Below, piece by piece: positions 32,459-43,137 of a stretch of DNA of 64,000 nt (position 1 is its first letter; every line of letters starts with the position of its first letter). The position numbers were made by a program, and so were the translations under genes. The stretch comes from an uncultured Planctomycetaceae bacterium (GTDB taxonomy: Bacteria; Planctomycetota; Planctomycetia; Pirellulales; PALSA-1355), in assembly GCA_963785305.1 (NCBI GenBank), contig CAWAUV010000007.1:1120001-1184000 (forward strand), given 5' to 3'. The notes beneath the pieces were generated by a model. It saw only the letters and a list, made by a program, of their open reading frames with translations. It did not search any database and had not been told where the DNA came from.

Positions 32459-35400
32459 ATGACCGCGCCGGATTCGGAACATGCTCGTTCGTCGAAAGCT
32501 CGCTCGGGCATGGGCGGCGGCCCCGCGCGCTCCGGCGCTCACCGTCGCGACGAAGACGAAGACGATGAGGTCGCCCGCGAGGAAAAACTGGAGCCCGAAG
32601 TTCGTCGCCGCCGCGGACGAAGTTGGCGCAGGCTGTTTGGAGTGTCGGCGCTTCTGGCCGCAGGCATCGTGGCGATCGCGCCGTGGCTGCTCACGCAATT
32701 CGGGTTGGTCGATCGCCTGCTCCGCTCCGCGCCGCTGCCGGGCTCCCTCACAATTGGTCGGACCTCGCTCGCCTGGTGGTCGCCGGTGGCGCTCGACGAC
32801 ATCGAGCTCCGCGACGCACAAGGCCAACTGATGGCCAAGATCGATCATGTGGCCAGTGACAAAACACTGTTTTCGCTGGCGCTGGCCCGAACCGATCTCG
32901 GCAAAGTAGTGATTCAACATCCCCGATTGCTGATCGAAACACGCCTGGGCGGCAGCAACGTGGAAGATTTTATTCAGGCAATGCATCTTTCGGAGTCGTC
33001 GAGCCCGGGCGGCTTGCCCGCGCTGCCGGCGGCGGAGCTCGATATCGTCGATGGCGAGATTCTCATCGAGGATTCGCTCACCAAGCGCCAATCGTTGATC
33101 GGGGGTGTCAAGCTGGCGGTGCGGTCGTCGCCCGTCGCCGGATCGCTCGACGCAACGCTCTCGGCCCAAGTCACGGACGATAGCCAAGTGACGCCGATCA
33201 CGGGACGGTTGCATGCCGAATCGCTTGCGATGAACCGCGCGAACCCCGCGACGCAACCCGCCGCCGCCCCGCCCGAGAACAGGTCGGGGTACCCGATGGG
33301 CGATGCGCCAGCCGCCGCCAACGACGCGCCAAACGCCGCCAACGACGCGCCAGCCGCCGCCAATGACGCCGGGCAAGAGCCCTCGGCGACCCCGGACAAT
33401 GCCGCCGTCGAGCCGAGCGACGAATTGGCCACCATTGCCCGGGCCGCCGGAGTGGCGCATCCCGCCGCGCCGGCTGGCATCCCGCTGGCCGTGGGCAATT
33501 TCGAATTGGAAATCGCCGGAGCGCCGCTCGCTCTGGTGCAACCGCTGGTCGCCCGGGCATTCGCGGGCGCGCAAGTCGATGGGCAGCTTGTCGCCAAGCT
33601 CAGCGGCTCATGGGGCGGCGGCGCCGACCACTCGCGGCAATCTCTCGATGTCGATCTCGTCGCGACCAATGCGCAGCTCCTCGCGCCGGGACTAGGAACC
33701 GATCGCCTGCAAATGACCCAGGCGCATTTGCCCTGTCGCATCACGCGAACAGGTTCGTCGATCAATGTCGAACAACTTGCGCTGAACTGTGATGTCGGCC
33801 AGTTCACGGCAAGCGGGCAACTCGATGTTGCCAATCCGACCACGAATTCGCCGGTCGCCTTTCTTGCCCGACAGAGCTTTCAAGTGAGCGGCCAATGCGA
33901 CCTGGCCAAGCTTGCCAAGCTGCTTCCGGCCACGCTCCGGATTCGCCAAGGAGTCGAAATCACGGCCGGCCAGGTCACGATGTCGGCCAGCGGCGCTCCG
34001 GCCCAGGGCGGCGGCGCATGGCAAGCGCGGGTCGAGGGCGCCAATCTCACCGCCACGAACAACGGTCAACAATTCGCTTGGCAAGAGCCGTTCGTGGTCG
34101 AGCTCGCGGGACACGACGCCGCGACCGGACCGATCGTCGACACCGCGAAGCTCGATGCGTCGTTCCTGCATGCGCAAGCGTCGGGCGCCGCGGACAATCT
34201 CTCGGGCAGCGCGACCTTCGATCTGGCGAAGCTGGCTTCCGAGGCGGCGCAGTTCATCGATCTCGACTCGCTGCAGTTGGCCGGCGCCGGTTCGGTGACG
34301 TTTGCTTGGCAGCAAGCGGCCGATCAAACGTTTGCCCTGCGAGCCAATATTGACGCCAAGAATCTGCAAGTGGCGCTACCGGGTCGACCGGCTTGGATCG
34401 AGCCCTCGCTTTCGGGCGAGCTCGATGTGCGCGGCCTCGCGGCGGGGTTCATGGTCGAGCGGCTCGATCGCGCTTCGCTCGATATGCTGGGCAACCAGGA
34501 ACGCTTGCTCGTGGCCCTGGCTCAACCGGCGAATGATCTGAAAACACTGGCCTGGAACGGCTCTTGGCAAGGACCGCTGCAAAGCTGGACAGGGCGGCTC
34601 GCGCTGTGGATCGATGTGGCCGGCTGGGAACTCACCGGGCAAGGCGCGCTCTCGGGTCAGGTCATCGTGACGAGCGACGCGATTGCGTTTCAACAGATCA
34701 GCCTCAAGGCGGAGCAAGCCCATGTGTGGCTGCCCGGCGTTTACTTCGACGAACAACAACTCACGATAACCACGGCTGGCGCCTGGGATCGCGCATCAAT
34801 CGCTGCAAATTCCGAACCTCGTGGCCGTGACCGGTCAGGCCGGAATCCAGGTGACGAACTTGCAAACGAGCCTCGGCGCCGATGGCCTTTGGGCCACGAC
34901 CGGCAATGTGGCCTATCAGGCCGAAGTGGGGCAAATCGTGCGTTGGGTGCGCGACCCGCGGTTGGCGGGCCTTTGGAATATAACCGGCCAAGCCAGCGGC
35001 TCGGGAAGCATGTCGCACTCCGGCGGCGTGAGCTCGGCGCAAGTGTCGGCCGAGGTCGACAATCTGCAAGTTTCGCCGGTGGCGAACCGAAACGGCGCGA
35101 CGCAAACCCAGGGGGTGTCGCTCTCGCGGCCGATCGCCTGGCGCGAACAGCAAGTGAAACTCGCGATTGGCGCGGCTTATGACCACGCGCACGATCTGCT
35201 CACGCTCAACCGAGCCGACATCCTGGCGTCGGCCTTGCGATTGTCTCTCGCCGGCACGGTGGCGAGCATCAATAGCCAGCGACAGTTCGACATCCAAGGC
35301 GAAATGGAATACGACTGGGCCCAACTGGCGCCGCTCGTCGAGCCCTATGTCGGCTCGCGCGTGACGATCGCCGGCCATGAAACACGGCCCTTTGCCTTGC

Positions 35401-36311
35401 AAGGCGCGTGGCCTGTTGGCGCCTCCTCGCCCGAGGCGCAGTGGCAGCAGCTCACCGGTAGCGGCGGCATCGGCTGGTCGAGCGCCAATATTTATGGATT
35501 GGGGATCGGCGCCGGTCAGCTTACGGGCGCGCTCGCGAGCGGCGTGCTCCAGTTCCAGCCGCTCGATCTCACCGTGAGCGGCGGGGCGGTGCACATCAAC
35601 GAACAATGGCGGATCATGCCCGCGCCGGGCGAACTGCGAATGGCCAAGGGCCGGCTCGTGGATCATGTGCAAGTCACGCCCGAGGTGTGCAAGCAGGCGC
35701 TGCAATATGTGGCCCCGGTGCTCTCGCAAGTGACGCGGGCCCAGGGAACGTTTTCGGTGGATATCGAGGGCGGTAAGCTCACGTTTGGCTCGGCGCGAGA
35801 TTGCGATATTGCGGGCCACCTGGTGACCGACCAAGCCTGTGTGCAAGCCGGCCCGCTGGCGCAGCAATTCGCGTTACTCGCCGACCGCATCGGGCAGTTG
35901 CTGATCACGCCCGGCGCCGCTCCGCCACAGACGACCGCGGTGTTGGTGAATTTGAACAATGAGAACGTCGATTTTCGCGTCGTCGGCGGGCGGGTCTATC
36001 ACCGCAATCTGCGTTTCAAGATGGGCCTTTTAGACATTATCACGCAAGGCTCGGTCGGATTCGACGATTCGCTCGAAATGCTCGCCGAAGTGGCGATCGA
36101 TGAAAACCTGCTGGCCAATCGTCCGCTGCTCAAGGACTTGCTGGGTCATCCGCTGCAAATCCCGCTGACCGGCTCGCTGGGCGAGCCGAAGCTCGATCTG
36201 AGCGCGCTCGAAGACATGACGCGCCAAATGGCCCGCCAAGCGGCGACCAGCGTGATCGAGAAACCGATCCAAGCGCTCGAGAAGCCGCTCGAGAATCTGT
36301 TTCGCCCGTGA
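32459..36311 (+). CDS. Large (~1280 aa) membrane-anchored beta-rich protein, AsmA/TamB-like, frameshift ~34800
   Basis: Charged N-terminus, one TM helix, then long amphipathic beta-strand content; C-terminal GRVYHRNL..GSVGFD..L..IPLTGSLGEPKLD resembles AsmA-like C-termini. Confidence 0.65.
33302..33369 (+). repeat. 21-bp tandem repeat x3 (DAPAAAN/DAPNAAN) in a linker of the AsmA-like gene
   Basis: GATGCGCCAGCCGCCGCCAAC GACGCGCCAAACGCCGCCAAC GACGCGCCAGCCGCCGCCAAT. Confidence 0.85.
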
Positions 36312-36463
36312 ATCAAAGCGGGCAATACGCCAAACAATAGGTCCTAACCCCTTAGAAATCTCCGGCATCAGCTATCTGCCTTTCCGGTTATCCGGCGAAG
36401 TCGTGACGGACCGTCGCCGTATACGCGGCGAGCATGAAGCTTATGGCGCCGCCACCGATCGCT

Positions 36464-37015
36464 TCATTCGGCGGTATTCTCGGCGATGCACTGCAAATGC
36501 TCCTCGATCCGAAAAACGACCATCGTCGCCTCGAGGATTATCCGAACAACGACGATCTCAAGAACCGCAACCGCGCAAATGCCGAAAGAAGCCGCCAAAA
36601 AATAAAGCATCGCGTCTGTCGGCTGCTCACGTCTCTCGAACTGGAACATGGTTCGATATATGCCGAAAATCGAAATAACCGCGGCGCCACCAACAAGCAA
36701 AATGTCAACCGCATACGCGAATCGAATTATCTGCGGCGTTATGAACGACAAAAAACTGAAGTCGAAAACGGTCAACAGCGATTCGGCGTCGCGCCGCCGG
36801 TTTTGCGCGGTGCGCTTCGTCTTACGCGACCTAGCGGAATGCGTTCCAGAGCCCCAATTACTCGAAATGGAAGAAATATCCGCTAATGGATCGGATACAA
36901 TTATTGGCGGCATGCGGATCTGGCGGCGACAATGCGGGCACGCGACAATTTGGCCGGCCACGGCGTCGCTGTTCACCAAGGGACCATCGCATAGCGGGCA
37001 TGTAACATTACTCAT
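36464..37015 (-). CDS. Zinc-ribbon plus DUF4282-like membrane protein
   Basis: N-terminal CPLC...CPHC; FDFSFLSFITPQIIRFAY, two TM helices, RIILEATMVVFRIEEHL. Confidence 0.75.
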   Translation of the reverse strand: MSNVTCPLCDGPLVNSDAVAGQIVACPHCRRQIRMPPIIVSDPLADISSISSNWGSGTHSARSRKTKRTAQNRRRDAESLLTVFDFSFLSFITPQIIRFAYAVDILLVGGAAVISIFGIYRTMFQFERREQPTDAMLYFLAASFGICAVAVLEIVVVRIILEATMVVFRIEEHLQCIAENTAE

Positions 37016-37107
37016 GGCGGATTCTCGACCGGCAAAGGAATCGAGGCGACGCCGGACTAGTCTAGTCCTCCAGGATGGCGCCGTCCATGTGCCGGCCTGA
37101 TGTCAAT

Positions 37108-37172
37108 AATGAGCACCGTCCACTTTGATTTCTCCAACATCAGCAGAGAAATCAAACGGGTCAAGACTCATT
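37108..37172. repeat. Intergenic inverted repeat (REP-like) abutting the ISL3 end
   Basis: AATGAG-N10-TTTGATTTCTC ... GAGAAATCAAA-N10-CTCATT with an 11-nt loop. Confidence 0.6.
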
Positions 37173-37173
37173 G

Positions 37174-38617
37174 GGCTCTTCCGTTTCTAAATGTAATAAG
37201 CCCGGAATCTTGCTTGGATGGCGCGGGCCAGGGCGTGGAGGTCGGGCACGCGGCGGCGGGTGGCGGCGTGGAAGTGGTTGATGTCCAGCACCAAGCGTTT
37301 CCACAAACTATCGGTGTTCTTGATCCCATAACTACGCCGCGCGATGACCCGCGCCTTGTTGTTCAGGCCTTCCACCGGGCCGCTCGTCTCGCGGCGGTCC
37401 AGGTACGCCAGGATGCCGTCGCGCCAGCGATCGTAGAGCGCGAACCATTGGAGCAACTCCGGCTCGCCCGACACCATTTCGCGCAGCTCCTCCAGTCGCC
37501 GCGATGCTTCCTCGCGGTCCCGCGACCCATCGAAGATCTCCGCCACTTCCTCCCGGAAATGATAAGCCTGTTGCAGTTCCGGAATCGTGGTCAGCAGGTC
37601 GTCCAACTCGGTTTGTTGCTCCGGGGTCAAGTCCTCGCGGCGGACGCGGTAGAGCCACATGCGGCTACGGAATTTCTTGCGCTCGGCCCGCGAGAGTGCT
37701 AGCTTAAAATGGCGTGTTTTTTTCTCACGCGGTCCACGATCTCGCCCAGCTTCTTCGCGACATGAAAACGATCGACCACCAACTGGCTGTTCGGCAGCCA
37801 GCTTTTGCAGACTTCCGGATACACGGCGCTCATGTCCGTGCGATGCGAGACGACTTGGGCCCGTTGCTCCGGCGAAAGCTTGGCCAGGCAGGCCTCGGTC
37901 GCCTCGCGGTCTCGACCCTTGGCCACCGCCAGAATTCGCGGATGCTTCGGATCGGATAGATCGCTGAGCACCGTGGCGTACAACTTGTGTCGTTTCTTGA
38001 GACTCAATTCGTCGAGACCCACGCTGGTGATCACGCGCTCGGGCGAAATGGCGCGCTCGCTCGTCAGGCGCCACTCCAGGATGCGTTCGACCGTCTCGGC
38101 GGAGATGCCCAGGCGCCGCGCCACCTCCTCGACGCTCGTGCCCACCAGTTGCTCGAGCACGAACTGCTCGAAACGATAGGTGTAAGTCACGCGCGGACGC
38201 TTGAACGGCGTCCCGACCTGCGTCCGCTGCCGGCACTTGGGACATTGATGCAAGAACGGCCGATAGGTCCAGAATGTCGGCGCGCGCATCAGGTCCAGGT
38301 CGCGGATGGCGAGCACTTCATCTTTCTCGCGAAGCTGGGCCGCCGCCTCGTGCCGGCATTTTGGGCACACGCAGCGCTCGGGCAGCTCGAAGGCCACCTC
38401 GAACACATGAGCGCCTTGATGACGCTCGTAGCCACGGACGGCCACCCCGTCCGGAAAATCCATTTCAATCTCGACGGCGACGCTATTCATGGCTCCACTC
38501 CATTCAGGTAAAATCGAGACTCGCCCGGCCTCCTCCACGCCATTCTACCCGACCAACCCCCGAACGCCAGAAAACCATCCCGAATCCCCAAGCAAAACAC
38601 TCGGAAACGGAAGAGCC
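37174..38617 (-). mobile_element. ISL3-family insertion sequence (1444 bp)
   Basis: Perfect 14-bp terminal inverted repeats GGCTCTTCCGTTTC (37174-37187) and GAAACGGAAGAGCC (38604-38617) around an ISL3 transposase; no target duplication seen. Confidence 0.92.
37187..38490 (-). CDS. ISL3 transposase in two frames joined at an A7 run (-1 shift)
   Basis: Zinc finger CPKC..IRDL..CPKC; GLDELSLKKRH; TDMSAVY; VVDRFHV; second frame TSGPVEGLNNKARVIARRSYG. Confidence 0.9.
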
Positions 38618-39019
38618 TAAAGGTGCAAAGCTATGAAGCCTATATCAAGCATAAACATGCGTCAACAAAAGCGTAAATCCACGGCGGGTGCCGAAAAAGC
38701 GTCCGGAACCGAATCCCTATATCGTCGGAGTGACACTGGCCGAGCTGTCAAGTCCGCTCCGAATTGGCGAGCCGTCGCGCGAAGCTGCTCATTCCGATCG
38801 CGTTGCGCGGCAGTGATCGCGTGGCAGCGGAAACTCGTTGCGCCTCGGTATGGCCCGGCCCCTCGGCGAGTTAATCGCAATTTCCCCCCGGGGCCGCCTT
38901 TCTAGCGGACGGTTGCTCGGATCGATATACTACTGTGCCGTTTGAAAAACCGCCGCTTGAGCCGAATCAGTTCGCGGTGTCCCACGCTGTTTCCCCAATA
39001 TGAAAAGAACTGCCGCTCG

Positions 39020-40032
39020 ATGACCCGTGTCGCCATTCTCGGAGCCACCGGATATACCGCGCGCTCGAACTGATCAAGATTCTGCTCCGGCATCCCGAGG
39101 CGCGGATCACGGCTCTGGCCAGCCGAGCCGAAGGCAGCCCAAGCGTGGCGTCGGTGCATCCGCAGCTTACCGGGCGGCTCGATTTGCGGCTCGAAGACCT
39201 GACGCCCGAGGCGGTGGCCGAGCGGGCCGATTGCGTGTTCTGCTGTTTGCCCCACGGCGCCGCCGCGGCGGTCGTGCCACGACTTTTGGCCGCCGGCAAG
39301 CGCGTGGTCGACTTTAGCGCCGACTATCGACTTTCGAGCCCCGCGGTCTATGAACTGTGGTATGGTCTGAAGCATGCCGACCCCGAGCGGCTCGGCGCCA
39401 CGGCCTACGGTTTGCCCGAACTGTTTCGCGAGGCGATTCGTCCGGCCCAGCTCGTGGCCAATCCGGGCTGCTACACCACTTCGGCCATCTTGGCGCTCAC
39501 GCCGCTGGTGAAAGCCGGTCTGATCGAGCCCACGGGCATTATCGTCGACAGCAAGAGCGGAGTCTCGGGCGCGGGCCGCACTCCGAAACTCAACACGCTC
39601 TTTCCGGAGTGCAACGAAAACTTTTCGGCCTATAGCGTGGGGAACCATCGGCACACGCCCGAGATCGACGAAATCACGAGTCGCGCCAGCGGCCACGATG
39701 TGCGGGTGCTGTTCACGCCGCATCTCGTGCCGATGGACCGCGGTATTCTCACCACCGCCTATAGCCGCCCGCGGGGCCGGGTCACCACCGACGCGGCGCT
39801 CGAGGCCCTCCGCGATTTTTATCGCGGCGAGCCGTTTGTGCGCGTGGTCGACGGGCTGCCGGGCACGAAGGATTCGAGCCACACGAACTTTTGCGATATC
39901 ACCGCGCGAGTCGTGCGCGAACATGTCATCACGATTAGTTGTCTCGACAATCTGATCAAAGGCGCTTCGGGCGCGGCGGCGCAAAATTTCAATCTCATGC
40001 ATGGCTATCCCGAGACGATGGCCCTGCTTTAA
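39020..40032 (+). CDS. argC: N-acetyl-gamma-glutamyl-phosphate reductase, frameshift ~39060
   Basis: [63 protein letters not shown]. Confidence 0.95.
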
Positions 40033-40098
40033 GCGTCCTGCGAACGATCGCGGCGCTGGCCCTCGGCATTCCATTTTCTACCCAGCGAGTAGGCAATT

Positions 40099-41292
40099 AT
40101 GGACATTCGGCTTCCCCAAGGATTTCGCTGCGGCGGCGTGTACTGCGGCATCAAGCGCAACGCCTCGAAGCTCGACCTCGCGCTCGTCGTGTCGGACCGG
40201 CCGGCCACGGCGGCGGGCGTCTACACGCGAAACCTCGTTTTCGCGGCGCCCGTGGCGCTCGATCGCGCCCGCACTCCGCTGGCCACGGCCCGCGCCGTGG
40301 TGATCAATTCGGGCAACGCCAACGCCTGCACCGGCGAGCGCGGTCTGACGGATGCCCACGAAATGACCCGGCTGGCCGCCGCCGCCGTGGGGGCCGAGGC
40401 TTCGCAAACCCTGGTGCTCTCGACCGGCGTGATCGGCGAATTTTTGCCGATGCAGAGGATCGCCGCCGGCATTGAACAGGTCGCCCGCCAGTTGGGCGCC
40501 GACGAAAGCCATCTCGTGGCCGCCGCCCAAGGCATGCTCACCACCGACACCCGCCACAAACTCGCCGGCCGCGGACTCACGCTCGGCGGCCACGCCGTGC
40601 AAATCACCGGCATGGCCAAGGGCGCGGCGATGATCGGCCCGAACATGGCCACCATGCTCGGCCTTGTCATGACCGATGCCCGCCTCGATCCGGCCGCGGC
40701 CCAAGAGGTGCTCGCCGATGTCGCCGAGCGAACCTTCAACTGCATCTCGGTCGATGGCCACATGAGCACCAACGACACCGTGCTGCTCGTGGCCAACGGC
40801 GCGGCGGGCGGCCCCGCGCTCGCGGGCGACGAACTCGAAAAGTTTCGCGCCGCTTTGTTCGAGATTTGCGCCTCACTGGCCCGCGCGATTCCGGCCGATG
40901 GCGAAGGGGCCACGCACTTGGTGACGATCGACGTCCGCGGCTGCCGCGATGGCGCCGCCGCCCGCACGATCGCCAAGAGCGTGGCCAACAGCCCGCTGGT
41001 GAAGACCGCCGTCGCGGGCGCCGACCCGAACTGGGGCCGCATCGTCTCGGCGGCCGGCTATGCGGGCACGCCGTTCGACCCGGCCCGGGTATCGCTGCGC
41101 GTCAATGGCTTTCTGCTCTATGAGCAGGGAGCGCCGGTCACATTCGACAAAGCGGCGGTGTCGGCGTCGATGCATGCCGAGCGCGACACCCATTTCGAGC
41201 TCTCGTTTGGCGAAGGCCACGGCGAAGCCACGGTCTGGACCACCGACCTCACCGCCGAATACGTCCGCCTCAACGCGGACTACCACACGTGA
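40099..41292 (+). CDS. argJ: Glutamate N-acetyltransferase / amino-acid acetyltransferase
   Basis: NSGNANACTG, STGVIG, TTDT, KGAAMIGPNMATML, DGHMSTND, DGEGAT, DPNWGRI, YVRLNADYHT. Confidence 0.97.
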   Translation: MDIRLPQGFRCGGVYCGIKRNASKLDLALVVSDRPATAAGVYTRNLVFAAPVALDRARTPLATARAVVINSGNANACTGERGLTDAHEMTRLAAAAVGAEASQTLVLSTGVIGEFLPMQRIAAGIEQVARQLGADESHLVAAAQGMLTTDTRHKLAGRGLTLGGHAVQITGMAKGAAMIGPNMATMLGLVMTDARLDPAAAQEVLADVAERTFNCISVDGHMSTNDTVLLVANGAAGGPALAGDELEKFRAALFEICASLARAIPADGEGATHLVTIDVRGCRDGAAARTIAKSVANSPLVKTAVAGADPNWGRIVSAAGYAGTPFDPARVSLRVNGFLLYEQGAPVTFDKAAVSASMHAERDTHFELSFGEGHGEATVWTTDLTAEYVRLNADYHT

Positions 41293-41314
41293 GCCGCCGA
41301 TCGAAATAACGAAG

Positions 41315-41508
41315 TTAGTTCGACTTTCGCGGTTTTCAAAAGTTCCGATAGCCCGATTCGTCGTGGTTTCTCCGATTTCGGCGCGTTTCCGGCAACCTTC
41401 GGCCTCTCGGTAACATGCAAAAATTGGCAGTTCGGCCGTCAAACTGTGCAAAACCCACGAGAAATCGGCGATTCGAGTGCTAGCAAAAAACGCGAAACTT
41501 GAAGTTAG
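41315..41508. mobile_element. MITE (~190 bp) related to the neighbouring IS701-like element
   Basis: Left end TTAGTTCGACTTTCGCGGTTTT; its first 13 nt are identical to the IS IR at 45353. Right end AAAAAACGCGAAACTTGAAGTTAG is an imperfect inverted copy. No transposase inside. Confidence 0.65.
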
Positions 41509-41540
41509 GAACGCCCGAAAAATAGCTTATCGGTCCACCG

Positions 41541-41704
41541 GCAATAGCCGACCAACCGCATCGCGACCTTGCCGCGGCCTCGAGCGTCAGCCTGACAAAC
41601 GCGGCAAAGTCATTGTCCATGTCGAACACGTCGGCTCGGCCATTGCCTCAACTCGGGAGGTGGTAGACGCACCCACCTTGCGACGCTCGCGCCGTTCTCG
41701 CCAC
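41541..41704 (-). pseudogene. Truncated REP-associated tyrosine transposase (RAYT/Y1) N-terminus
   Basis: Hand translation MARTARASQGGCVYHLPS*GNGRADVFDMDNDFAAFVRL..(shift)..MRLVGYC matches the RAYT start pattern (YH..NRGN....F....D...F..L ... AYC-MPNH.H). It has an in-frame TGA and is cut before the HUH motif. Confidence 0.75.
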
Positions 41705-41997
41705 TTAGCCAGTCCACAGCGCCCCAGCCGCACAATAAAGTAGAGTGCCCCTTTAATTCCTTACTTGGCCAGAATAATCGCAGAGCGGCTGCGGGTTGAA
41801 GGAGCGTGGAACCCTCTATGCAAACGCGAGACGAGCATGAGTCGGTGGCGTTGCACCAACTGGGCAATCCATAACGCCGGATGCTGCACTTTCGATCTTC
41901 TGGCTAGCCTGCTATCCTGATAGCTCCTCGATTGGCGCATTCACGAACGATAATTTTGAGGCGGACTTGTACTTGGAGAGGCCGGAGCGACTGTGTT

Positions 41998-43137
41998 ATG
42001 GCGAAGAAAGAGCCGATCGACAAAACTCACGACGATGACGACCGCATTGACGTGGACAAGCTCCAGTTTGACGAAGAGAACCCACGCCTCATCGAGTATC
42101 TGGATGACGGTAAGCCTACCCAGGAGAAGCTGCTGACCGTTCTCTGGCAGAATATGGCGGTGGACGAACTCGCCATGTCCATCGCAGCGAGCGGTTATTT
42201 TGATTACGAGCCTGTATTCGTTATAGACGGCCCCGGTAAGGGCAAATACACGGTCATTGAGGGCAATCGCCGACTCGCAGCAGTTAAGATACTACTCGAT
42301 CCAAGAGAGAGAGAGCGACTACGGGCGACTGATCTGCCGGTTCCTTCGCCATCGATTTTAAAACGTCTGGAAAAAATTCCAGTACAGCATACGACACGAA
42401 AGGACGCTTGGCGTTACTTAGGTTTTAAGCACGTTAATGGCGCCGCCAAGTGGAACTCCTACGCCAAAGCGCAGTATATCTTTGAAGTTCACAATAACTT
42501 CAATGTTTCGCTCGACAAGATCGCGGCGCAAATTGGCGATAAGCACAATACTGTGCAACGCCTTTATCGGGCACTTATGGTTGTCGAGCAAGCTGAGAAA
42601 GCAAGGGTGTTCAAGCGTGAAAATCGGTTTAAGCCGCACTTTTCGTTTTCACACCTTTATACAGGACTCGATTACGATGGCATCGCGGCGTTCATAACGC
42701 TCTCCGACGAATCGGCAGAGTCCGAAAAGCCTGCCGGCAAGACTAAGGAACTCGGCGAACTTTTCACATGGTTGTATGGTGACAAAAGTCTAGATATACG
42801 ACCGGTCGTTGAATCCCAGAACCCACATCTCCGGCAACTCGATGAGGTCCTGAAAAACAAGGCAGCGACCGATTCCCTGCGGGCCGGCCTGCCACTCGCG
42901 GTCTGTCTTGAAGTTAGCTTGGGTGATGAGAGAGTGTTTCAAAATGCACTCGTCCAGGCGAAGGAAGCTTTGCAAAAGGCCCACGGCTCGATGACCACGG
43001 GGTACGACGGCGACGAGTCCCAACTCTTGCTCGCGAACACAGTGTACGACCTAGCATATGACCTCGTTGAGGAAATGGAGCGAAAGAAAACACCACGAAG
43101 TCGGCGTCCTCGTCCAGCAAAGGGTTCAGGCCAGTGA
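41998..43137 (+). CDS. ParB/Srx N-terminal-domain protein (379 aa)
   Basis: L.FDEENPRL, DELAMSIAASGY..EPVFV, YTVIEGNRRLAAVK (ParB GxRR-type motif); HTH-like SLDKIAAQIGDKHNTVQRLY. Confidence 0.85.
   Translation: MAKKEPIDKTHDDDDRIDVDKLQFDEENPRLIEYLDDGKPTQEKLLTVLWQNMAVDELAMSIAASGYFDYEPVFVIDGPGKGKYTVIEGNRRLAAVKILLDPRERERLRATDLPVPSPSILKRLEKIPVQHTTRKDAWRYLGFKHVNGAAKWNSYAKAQYIFEVHNNFNVSLDKIAAQIGDKHNTVQRLYRALMVVEQAEKARVFKRENRFKPHFSFSHLYTGLDYDGIAAFITLSDESAESEKPAGKTKELGELFTWLYGDKSLDIRPVVESQNPHLRQLDEVLKNKAATDSLRAGLPLAVCLEVSLGDERVFQNALVQAKEALQKAHGSMTTGYDGDESQLLLANTVYDLAYDLVEEMERKKTPRSRRPRPAKGSGQ

Noticed and set aside
36434..36886. 150-aa plus-strand ORF
   Set aside because: Antisense to the better-supported zinc-ribbon/DUF4282-like gene
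38633..38905. 90-aa ORF right of the ISL3 element
   Set aside because: No recognisable motif; probably remnant or intergenic sequence
41998..43137. Chromosome or plasmid partition gene parB
   Set aside because: No adjacent parA or recognisable parS site, and it is translationally coupled to nuclease and methyltransferase genes
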